A stretch of DNA of 64,000 nucleotides from Cyanidioschyzon merolae (taxonomy: Eukaryota): the NCBI GenBank assembly GCA_000091205.1, contig AP006483.2. The stretch is one strand, 5' to 3'. Shown here piece after piece: positions 11,701 through 19,713 of the stretch. Each line of letters opens with the position of its first letter. Position 1 is the first letter of the stretch. The notes beneath the pieces were generated by a model. It was given only the letters and a program-made list of their open reading frames with translations. It made no database searches and was not told the origin of the DNA. The position numbers and the translations under genes were made by a program.

Positions 11701-12168
11701 CGGGTGCCTTGCACGCGTCTCCGAAACTATACTGGTCCGTTTGGGAAGGTTTTTCCCGACGAAGCCTCGAACGGAAGAGAGGAAGCCGCGGAAGCTCAAC
11801 CACGAGGAGTCCGAAGCAGGTACATCGGAGCTGGAGCCCACCTCACCGAGTGAATGTCGGGCAGCAGCTGGTCCAGCGATGTCACTAGTTGATACAACGG
11901 CACCGCCAGTGCCTCTTTCGATTTCCGATACCAACGACTTGCAGTCAAGGGGTGCGGGATCCACTTCTGTGGTCTCTTGCGGAGTGGCAGCCAGGTCGAG
12001 TGCGCTACCGTAGGAGCGCAGTGACGAATAACTCATTTCAGGAAGCGCAGAGCCCCGGGAGATACGCTCAGGGCTCGAGTCAAAGCTCTCTGTTCCCGTA
12101 CGCGATCTTGAATCACTCGCGTCACTGCCGATACGTACATAACGCCCAGAGAGCGTCTTTTGATTCAT
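8728..12168 (-). CDS. WD40-repeat protein, WDR44 (rabphilin-11)-like
   Basis: WD40 block HTGPVWSMEFSADGRYLATGGQDAVIMVWKV...FRGHGGDVLCVAWSANNFLLSSSMDKTVRLWHVDYNQVLRKFLHADFVTCVAFHPRNENFFLSGSLDERIRLWNI... matches WDR44 family repeats. Long low-complexity N-terminus. TAA stop at 8728-8730. Confidence 0.75.
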   Translation of the reverse strand: MNQKTLSGRYVRIGSDASDSRSRTGTESFDSSPERISRGSALPEMSYSSLRSYGSALDLAATPQETTEVDPAPLDCKSLVSEIERGTGGAVVSTSDIAGPAAARHSLGEVGSSSDVPASDSSWLSFRGFLSSVRGFVGKNLPKRTSIVSETRARHPEHQRSGSSTGQRHRSRSVDDATYPPAFERSGSGSLAAPIGTSAGGDTDLRGRLSTAPESGRSLLHRLTQPLRKPSPDSSRRDLLLEFGTAEVDQAGFQVITRMRERSAGDSRKPQQGVEFLIKNLDTGEERYLTEQEVAQMTSADTVQQLMRRQRSVMQRRDPHQDDPTGASSGTKSRRSRTFSSTPLGRIRAFSLLPRAKTAPTHASPSISSTQAAALQHSKSAATRTRQDGAMLNTQRVQAGADSLTSLTSTAGAAAETPLAGDGKAFGSVVDDTVEDFRSPAGSLDRGLLTKAAAPATASTATQRAITEDTTVLGRPRFLFKFPEKGSALNKREYQRLLREFRVAQRFVRVHAPNKSRGANTTANMCLVQCFRPHTGPVWSMEFSADGRYLATGGQDAVIMVWKVQNEPHTLNYSNADLLEIASWLRSPATAGARAFQRLLTPPPESSDGAAVTVDDGPERLYARCLFEVREPHRVFRGHGGDVLCVAWSANNFLLSSSMDKTVRLWHVDYNQVLRKFLHADFVTCVAFHPRNENFFLSGSLDERIRLWNISSRHVSDYAEVRGLVTACGFTPNGEQALVGTYRGECKVYNVVRFEEGERALQYITTLEVHSRRGRNSKGSKITSFAMMPTPDRGPGRGTNSGSGSTAPAVSTTSNVFVPGQNAGNEFAATMAPSAHSSSNTGSSSSSSNSSQHYEVLISTNDSRIRLYRVQDLRIVSKFVGHSCTWNHIRASFSDDFRYVITASEDRLVYIWNTVLYEQAGHHSAPGCALHLSQWSKGTPRLRDAGGGTAAAAHEMAPEASAALASNPQTRHSGPITNTNNPSSTTNAARTEQQYYPDRMLSERASASALTSNPSSSAAAGTSRDGTSSSQLPRIRRYRNDRFEAFMPFGEAHVTAAVFAPQRSTNRLDVIERSPSTSIYPTRAKIAPAPVTAAAAAAATPLSSSATGTAALLRATSTSDGLVVVVAAHDGTIGVFENIPADFVPW

Positions 12169-12264
12169 AACCTGCTCGGCAGCGTTGCCGCTCAGCGTGT
12201 TCCGCTCTGTTCCGCGTTATTTCCGGAACCTTACGCAAGGTCTTGAGTGCTGGGTTCCACGGAG

Positions 12265-12282
12265 ACACACACACACACACAC
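12265..12282. repeat. (AC)9 dinucleotide microsatellite
   Basis: acacacacacacacacac in the WDR44 upstream region. Confidence 0.8.
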
Positions 12283-12689
12283 CGGTTCGCAAGCCTTGCA
12301 CGCTCCACTGAAAGCAACCTTGTCCGCGCCACGACAAGCTCACCCGCTTTTCCACCTGCAATAAGTGCACTGGAGCTCCTCAGGAAGCTCAGGTTCCTGG
12401 AATTTTACTCGTACAAACGAGTTTCTTACGATCCGCGTTGACTCGTTCCGTTGGCGTCGCACGAGCACTAGTGCCAGCTCGCAAAGCAAAACACCCCTGA
12501 CCGGAATGACGACACTCGGGCGCCACTGGCCTGTCTCCAGCAAGCTTCGCAAGAAGCCACTGACCACAGACTGATAAAGTGCGTTAACGAAAACTTACCT
12601 CGACGGAAGCAGGCACCGCTAAGGGAGTAAAGAGCGCGTTCCTCCGAGCTACAAAGGCAGCTCACTGGTGTCGACGTCGAAACCCGTAC

Positions 12690-12852
12690 AAAAACTCCAG
12701 TATCTAACCAGTAGGTTCTGCAACTGCTTCCCTGCGCACAAGTCGGCGCGATAGAGCACGCCACACCGATCGCCTGCTTATCGATGCACCGACGTGCACA
12801 AGTCTCCCAGTCTTTTTGACCGGCTCCCTGTTACCGGTTTCAACTTGTTCTT
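12690..12852 (-). ncRNA. Candidate omega-RNA scaffold region: conserved tail immediately 3' of the Fanzor-like ORF
   Basis: Sequence downstream of the stop stays alignable between the two copies (e.g. gacgtgcacaagtctccc vs gatgtgcagacgccccc; caactgcttccctgcgcacaagtcggcgcg vs gaacgcttctcaaacgacgaacgtcgccgcc). Homology decays near 12700. Contains the local hairpin TGCAC-GTCG-GTGCA. By analogy with TnpB omega-RNAs overlapping the ORF 3' end. Confidence 0.3.
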
Positions 12853-15042
12853 CTACGTTTCTACCTTGAGAGGCTGACCGACAAAGTTGTCTCTCGTCAG
12901 TTCCAGGAGTCTCTTCTCCAGCACGGCATAGCTCTTTATATTGATAGAAGCACTAAAGTCTCGGTTCACGCACTCCAGGCGTTTCTCGTCGCCGCTTGTA
13001 CTCACCAGTGCAGGGAGTCCTCGAACCTGTGCCCTGCTTTCCATTTCCTGCCCTTCCGTCACCGCTCCGTACTTTTGGATATCCCCAGGGCTCCTTTGGC
13101 ACTTTTCCATCTCAACCCTCTGAAGTGTACACCCTAGCTCGTGATGAATGGATGACGTTCCGAACGCATTTATCAGTATCGAAACGAAAAGGTGTGCGCA
13201 GTCCTTGTACGCTCGTGTCGACGGAGCTGGTATACAACCTTTTGTGGACGCCCAGCGTCCTGATCCGTATGCTAATACGAGCATTTTACGCTTGTCCTCC
13301 TTGAGGGCCCTCAACTCATTGAAGAACTTGTCAAATGCACGCTGCTTTCCTCTGTGCAGACGCATATGCAGACGAGCCCATCTGGTCTTGGTGTACTGTT
13401 GCCACAGCGCCTCCCAATGAGCAGTACAAACTTTCATGAATTCCAGAAAAGCCTCAAAGTCCGCTCCTCGGCTAGTCACCTCGCTCAAAGCTTCCAGGTG
13501 CTCTTTCACTCCTCGATTCTATTCCTTAATTTTTTCCTCGCGTTCATTTTTCCGGATTCTCGATCGTATCTTGCTCTCGAGAAATTTAAAAGACACATGT
13601 CTTCTGACGTAAGCTGCCGTCAGTGCCATCTTCCGCACGCTTGGGTGCTGCGATGGTCATGATATTCGTGTCCCCAGGGTCCGCGCCAACGACATTGTCG
13701 TTCTCCTGGACCTCCTGCATCACAGGATCCGCCTCGTATATATGTTCATGTTTCGTCGCGGGCGAAGCCGGGGACGGAACTGGACGATCTACCTTCAAGC
13801 ACTTATAATCTACAAATATGGCTACTCCATCACTTTTGATCATCCCAGGGAATAACTTTTGCTTGCTCACTTTGAGGCGTTCGAAATCGAACATATTCTT
13901 CCAGTACGTCTCCCGGTTTTCACCGGAGAACTCGAAATTCCTTACATCGAACTCTGGACTGATCTCCTTCATGATGCCATGAAGGACGCTCGAGTCGATT
14001 GCCACAATATCTGACTTGACGGTGCACAACGGAGCGACATGGAAGCGCTTACCCATTAGGGCAGCCTCCCGTCTCTCCGACTCTTCATTTTTTCCCCACT
14101 CAGCTTCATCTCTGCCTTGCGTTCGAGTTCTCGGTCCAAAAACACAAAATACCGTAGAATGAGGCGATAGTATCTTTCCGTATCCTTTTTCAACTCTGAT
14201 ATCTTTTCTACTGGATTCGCTAGCCCCAGTACCGCACGACGCTCTTGAATAGACGCACGGATTCCAGAAGCTTCATTCCTTCTCATGTGTGATGTCTTCT
14301 TGTCTACGGATTCGATCCTCTGTTCATTCTCCCTATCGTTCGTGATGCCATCGATGGTGACCCATCTCGCCCTGTGAGGCAGGGCCGCCTATAATGCAAA
14401 CGCGGTGCGTATCATGAAACGTTCGAGGTTCATAGTCATATCGCTCATCAGGTACGTGGGGTACTTCATCGCTCCGTAGGTGCGAATTCGCCAGTCTCCC
14501 CTCTATCGAGTACCGTTGAGGCGGTATTCGGCGTACTTTTTGTGCAGTATACACACTCGCGCATTTTTCGTCGACATATCCCAGGTGCTTACCATCCGGT
14601 AGCGTATAACGGTCTCGTTGAAAAATTCCTCCGGAACCTCGACTTTTTTGGTGTCCGTCACGTTGTTGTATATCTCTTTTACCAAATGCACTAGTACTGG
14701 AAAAGCCTTTACAATACTCAAGGAGTACGACTCGACACGGTTTCCGATGGCCTCTCGCAACTTCTGCTTGTACGGATCCTTGATACATCCAAGAAAACGA
14801 GCTTTCACTACCATCTCGTCGTACTGTCGTCTTTGATGCAGGCATAGACGTCTGGGATCCTGTCTCAGCTTCTTGGACGTGTCTTGTTCCTCTTTGCTCG
14901 GCACTGTTCTCCGTTTTCTTCCGGCAGCCGGTGACACCAGGCCTCCAGGATCCTCTACTTCCTTCTCCACAACTTGCCTTTTTTCTATAATTTTAGATTG
15001 AATGCTCTTTGAACGCCTCTGCTGTAAACAGTGTAAAATCAC
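12853..15042 (-). pseudogene. Fanzor/TnpB-like RNA-guided RuvC endonuclease gene (~730 codons), interrupted by 2 in-frame TAG codons and 3 frameshift points
   Basis: Segments 15042-14503, 14286-14056 (same frame, TAGs at 14503-14505 and 14389-14391), 14056-13586 (frame change at an A6 run near 14075) and 13509-12853. RuvC-I NVVGADPGDTNIMTIAAP (Asp 13679-13681). TS/Zn-ribbon remnant SSIHHELGCTLQRVEMEKCQ. RuvC-III ECVNRDFSASINIKSYAVLEKR (Asp 12958-12960), the hallmark xRDxNAAxNI of TnpB/Fanzor. Confidence 0.6.
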
Positions 15043-16020
15043 TTGAATTCACTAACTTGAGGGTCGAAGCATAAGTGAACTGAAAACTATACTTTGTTAT
15101 GACTTGAATGTAAATACAAGTTGTGCGTTAGACACCAAGTCAACGAATGATCAGGATCGCATATCCCTTCAATGCCGAGATGCTCGTCGCGTCTGATGCC
15201 TCCAAGATGCGGAAATGCGCTAACCGACCGGACTATATAGAGCAAAGAACAGAAACGAACCATTAAATAGCAACGAGATGGCAATTTCTTTCCCCTCTAC
15301 GGTAAACGTTAGAAAATGGCAAACGCTTTCCGTATAATCGAATGTCTACAGGTGGCATGTCCCGCGTGCCGGACGAGTCTGCAGGGCTAATGCTTCGTGC
15401 TCGCCCCAGTGGCAGATGCTTTATTGAGACCTGCGCAACTCGTCCGAAACGCTGCTTATTCTGGGACTAGGAGCGGCTAGCTTGCATCTGGGCATCGCGC
15501 TTGTCTCAGCGGACTCCTCGTGTATTCCTTCGCGCTGCCGCATGCAGTAGATCTGTCTGAACAGATTCCAAGCCCCCAGAATAATAATGAATCGCGACCC
15601 GGTATCGCGCTAGCCACGCCTCGAGCCAACGTCATCACTCGCATGGTAAAAACGATCTATCTCCGTGATGCTTGTGCTCCAGCGGCATAGGCGCTCCTGC
15701 AGGTACAGCACGACAGGCACTCGGCGCTCGATCGAACGCACAAAACGAATTGTATATCCGAAAAGAAGTATAGGTCATGCAACTTGGAGAAAGGATGCAG
15801 CAGCACGATGTACGCCTCCTCGAAAGCCAATATCCATCCAATCCGCAACCTGAAATCCAAGGTCAACGGACACTTTTCAGCCATCGACAGAATTCCCGCT
15901 GCGCTACGCCGCGCGTACCCGCAGGCTGCGCGCAGGCGCCCCGTTTCCAATCGATTCGAGCGTTTTCAAACGCAGTGCTCCGTATAGGCACGAGTTCCAG
16001 CGCCAAAAGTGCGTGATAGA

Positions 16021-16320
16021 ATGCCGGCTCAGCAGATACAGTACTCGGAAAAATATTATGATGATACATACGAGTACCGTCACGTTATTCTGCCCCCAGA
16101 TATTGCGCGTCTTTTGCCGAAGAACAAACTTCTCAGCGAGGCAGAGTGGCGGAGCCTTGGCGTGCAGCAGTCACGGGGCTGGGTTCACTACGCTATCCAT
16201 CGACCAGAGCCCCATATTCTCCTATTTAGACGCCCGTTGAACTACTCGCAGGGTGCTACTACTGCGACGACGGGGCTATCGCAGAACCCTTCTGAATCTG
16301 CCTCACACGCCGTTCCGTGA
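16021..16320 (+). CDS. CKS1: Cyclin-dependent kinase regulatory subunit CKS1/Suc1
   Basis: [73 protein letters not shown] is a near-perfect match to the CKS family across the whole domain. TGA stop. Confidence 0.9.
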   Translation: MPAQQIQYSEKYYDDTYEYRHVILPPDIARLLPKNKLLSEAEWRSLGVQQSRGWVHYAIHRPEPHILLFRRPLNYSQGATTATTGLSQNPSESASHAVP

Positions 16321-17230
16321 ACAGCAGAGGATGCGGGGAATCGCTCACCGGCCGCGTCGTTCGGGTGACAGCGGTAGCATTCCCCAGCAAAAAACGTCTT
16401 GATGCAAGCGGTACTAGATGCTTGTATTCGGTTGCGTTGAAGTTACTGCATTCGTTCTTCTGAAACTGTCGCGGAATGAGACCGGGTGTGGTACGACTGG
16501 TCAGGGGTGCTTTGCAGCAAGCCCAGGCCTCGTTTGACGGGAGTATGCGAGCTAGCGCCCCAGCGCGCTCGCCACCTCAGGTACACGCTTTCAGTTCAAT
16601 GCCTCTGGTTGTCTGATTGGCATGGTCCGCTTCGGATTCGGTCTCAAGAGTTGTGACGCTGCGTGCGCCGCCTTGCCCTACTTTCCGCAGCAGCAATGCT
16701 GCGGGCCTGCTCGGCAACCGTGAGAGTTGACGTTGTCTGGGGTTCGCTGAAGACGCACAGGCAACTGATTCCCCTGAAAAGGTTCGAAGTAGCGGTGATT
16801 GCGCTCCAATGTCCAGAGATGCTACGCAAATAGCGTTATAGCGGATCTTTTGGACCAACAGGGACGAAAGCATGGATTGCGCTTACCCGACAGCACCTGG
16901 ACGATGCTTACAACCTGACGAGTGAGGGCCCCGTGTGCTCGTAATGAAAATTTGCACAGTTTAATGTGAACGCAATTTCGTAAAATCGAATGCTCACATC
17001 TAGCATCTGCACCTGAAGCGGTCGAGGAGGCAGCGTCTCTGTCGCGGCGCATCAGACATGGACGCCAATGCAGCAGCCCTGTTACAGGAACGGATTGCAC
17101 ACAGCGGGTGTACGTAAGCTGTTCAAGCAAGTGCCCGTCCCCCGCCTGCAACGCACAGGGCGGGATCGCCTGCTCAATAGTGCGGTATCCGTGCGCCCCA
17201 GCACGATGCTAGCCGCTCTAGAGATGGGTG

Positions 17231-17842
17231 TTACCTGGCGCTTTCCGCCGCTTCATCCGCCTGCTCCGCGAGCTCAACACAGTGTCGAACTCCAGGCTGC
17301 GGCGGGTTCAACGCAGGCTCTGACGACTTCGAGAACGACCAGTCCAGGAACGCCCCAAAAGCACCGAGCACCGCGCAGATACCGACCCCAGTGCCGAGCG
17401 AGCCAGCGCGAACCCCAAACGCGCTGCCCGCGAGACAGCCGCCTATCGCGCTATTCCAGGGGTCTTGTTTGTCACCACGAAGCGCTCGTGCTGAGTATTC
17501 GCCCACGACGAACAGACCGCCAATGCTGGACAGGAAACCAGCGTGCGCAGCTACGGTGCGCCACGGTGACTGCAGAGCCGGGTGCACAGGCGCACCGCCT
17601 TGTGCGCTCGTCGCGGATGTGAAGTCTACAGGCCTGACGCTCCTCGAGAGACCCTGGAAGCTAAACGGGGCACGACGTGGACGCTCGCCCGGTTTCGTGG
17701 CTTGGAACTGCGCGAGCGGGTTCTGCTCGTAGCTGTGCCAGTAGACGATGGAAGCACCCATTGCAGTTCCTAGCAGAGCACCTGTTACCATGCTCTGTAC
17801 CAGCGTAGGCAAGAAGCCTGCATCATCCTGATCCGAGGCCAT
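17231..17842 (-). CDS. Tim17/Tim22/Tim23-family inner-membrane translocase subunit (Tim22-like)
   Basis: MASDQDDAGFLPTLVQSMVTGALLGTAMGASIVY... and ...KQDPWNSAIGGCLAGSAFGVRAGSLGTGVGICAVLGAFGAFLDW show the Gly-zipper membrane segments of the Tim17/22 family. Internal ATG at 17840-17842. TAA stop. Confidence 0.6.
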   Translation of the reverse strand: MASDQDDAGFLPTLVQSMVTGALLGTAMGASIVYWHSYEQNPLAQFQATKPGERPRRAPFSFQGLSRSVRPVDFTSATSAQGGAPVHPALQSPWRTVAAHAGFLSSIGGLFVVGEYSARALRGDKQDPWNSAIGGCLAGSAFGVRAGSLGTGVGICAVLGAFGAFLDWSFSKSSEPALNPPQPGVRHCVELAEQADEAAESAR

Positions 17843-18862
17843 GAACCGATCCCTCGTCTCGGTGGTAAGCGCCGCGGTGCTGCTGCCGCACAACTGCAGC
17901 TGTGCGCGATCTGCTGCCGTCGAATGCCGTCGACGACGCGCTGTGCCTGCGGGAACGCGCAATGCCCTGCAGACGTCATTCGTTTGGGCGTCGTTGCTCC
18001 GGAAATGGGCGTCAAAGGGTACGCTCCTTGCGACGAGCTTGCTTGTTTTGGTCCCTGATACTGTGCTTAGCGTTTCGCGGAACCCGCTTCCGCATACATT
18101 CCCAGAATGGCGACGACGGCGCAGGAACACGGACGAGGTCCGAGCGTCCGAGAATGCCAACAAGCGGTAAGCGTTTCTCCAGCGCTTCAAGTCTCATTGT
18201 TGTACCGCGACGCGACCAAACATACCACGTACTAGAAAAGAGTACGAACGCGCCCTGAGCTGCATATCGTGACCGGAACACCCATGGCGCTGCAGCACCA
18301 CGTTCGCTAGGGGCTTCAGTTTTCCGATCGTATATAGAGATGTTCTCGGGGATGCGTCCAGTTGTCATATCTACGGAGGATCGTGCCAGGCACATATTCA
18401 TCGCTCCGAGCACGCATAATCTGCCTATGCTTCGCTTTATCCGTATGTGACAGCATGCCGATCAAGTGCCCCGTACCCATAAAGCCAATCCCCATCGAAG
18501 CCGTATTTTCATAGCACTCGCATTCGGAACGCTCCCAGGATAGACGCACACTCCAGGTAGGACGTGTACGCTGTACACACGAGTCTATGCATGCACGATT
18601 CACTGATTTCTTCGAGCAAATGTTCATGCATGCATGCATGCACTGCGATGGACACGTCACCCGCAGCCTCGACGAGTGCACGCATCGTGCGCACGCATCG
18701 TCGGGCAACGGCTGTGCGTACAGCGCTCGCTGCGCGCACACGCTCCCTCCGCACTCATTGATTCATTCTCTTTCGTGTTTTTCACGCGACAACGTGCGTG
18801 CGCTACTGTACAGGAACGTGCGCAAGAGCGTTCCGGTACACCCCGGAGCACTTGGTGCACCC

Positions 18863-19702
18863 ATGGGTAACCGACCCTCCACGGAGCGACGGCTGGCGGG
18901 TGATGCAACTCGGCAACCGCCACCGCCGCCACCGCCTGGCAGGTCTGTGAATGCACGCAACGGGCCGACTTCATCGACGTCGACCACGTCAGTACCGTGG
19001 ATGCCGCAACAAGCTCCAGGCCCTGCATCTGAGTCTCCGCCAACCTTTACAATGGCGGCAGGCACGCGACACATATACGCACCGAGTCTGCCGATACGGC
19101 CGCTGACCGAAGTACCCTACTATCCGTACCTGCGGTATCGGGTTGTTGTCGAAGACGAGTACGGTTCGTTGCTCGTAGTGACACGGGAGGGTCTTCGTCG
19201 TCAACGGGATGCCATTCGAGTTGCTTGTGAAACGGAAGCAGATCCTTACGCACTCATCGCGCTGGCCACGTGGCAGCAACGCAAAGCACGCGTGAGTCCA
19301 GTGGAGCTCGACCAGGTTTGTCCGCCGCAGCGCTTCGCATCGCTGGAGGCCAACGACGCCCACACTGTCGAGACTACAGCTGCGCAGACTTGATCTATCT
19401 GTCTGGAGAACTTCGCACCGGAGTCTGCTGTTCGAAAACTGCCCCGATGTGGTCATGTTTTCCATGACGATTGCATTCGCGGTTGGGCATGCCACAAGCG
19501 TGCACAGTGCCCGGTGTGCCGAACCTGGGTTCTTGACGACGCTGACATGTTGCGACGTTCCATGGCCGAGGCAGCGATCAGGGCTGAGCTGCAACATGCA
19601 GCCCTTGTCGAAGAACGAATACGGGAGTACTTGCGTCGTCAGGTTGCTTTATCCAGAGCATGCGGTTGCCGAACCGATACACAGGTTCCGAACGGAACCT
19701 GA
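18863..19702 (+). CDS. RNF11-like RING-H2 E3 ubiquitin ligase (N-myristoylation MGN, Pro-rich/PY motifs, C-terminal RING-H2) with an in-frame TGA at 19391-19393 in place of the first zinc-ligand Cys
   Basis: MGNRPS... N-terminus, PPPPPPP and VPYYPY motifs, then QT-[TGA]-SICLENFAPESAVRKLPRCGHVFHDDCIRGWACHKRAQCPVC. This reads C/U-x2-C-x15-C-x-H-x2-H-x2-C-x11-C-x2-C with the CIxxW hallmark. Upstream and downstream ORFs are in the same frame, separated only by the TGA. Confidence 0.55.
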
Positions 19703-19713
19703 ACAGTCTCGGG

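Larger units (their letters stand above)
12690..15280 (-). mobile_element. Fanzor/TnpB-like (IS200/605-related, OMEGA-type) element, copy 1; left boundary uncertain (at least 15258)
   Basis: Extent is defined by nucleotide homology to the second copy at 61.2-64.0 kb. Homology covers the nuclease ORF, ~150-200 bp 3' of its stop and at least 230 bp 5' of its ORF. No host-gene homolog. Lies in the intergenic gap between divergent WDR44 (start 12168) and CKS1 (start 16021). Confidence 0.6.

Noticed and set aside
12853-15042. Idea that introns remove the in-frame stops and frameshifts of the Fanzor-like genes
   Set aside because: Amino-acid conservation between the two copies runs straight through the stop positions in the same frame. 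No GT...AG interval of frame-restoring length spans them. One frameshift (copy 2) occurs within three codons.
12853-15042. Idea that TAG is a sense (Tyr) codon in this genome
   Set aside because: ATP23 (stop at 27414-27416) and the syntaxin gene (29670-29672) terminate with TAG exactly at conserved C-termini, and DnaJC2 also ends in TAG. Genome-wide reassignment is not supported; only local readthrough or pseudogenization remain.
19391-19393. Idea that TGA is a general Cys/Trp sense codon (Euplotes or mitochondrial-like code)
   Set aside because: TGA terminates eS7, CKS1, the CCCH protein and SAC3 at plausible natural ends. The RING-H2 TGA must therefore be Sec, a nonsense mutation or an error.
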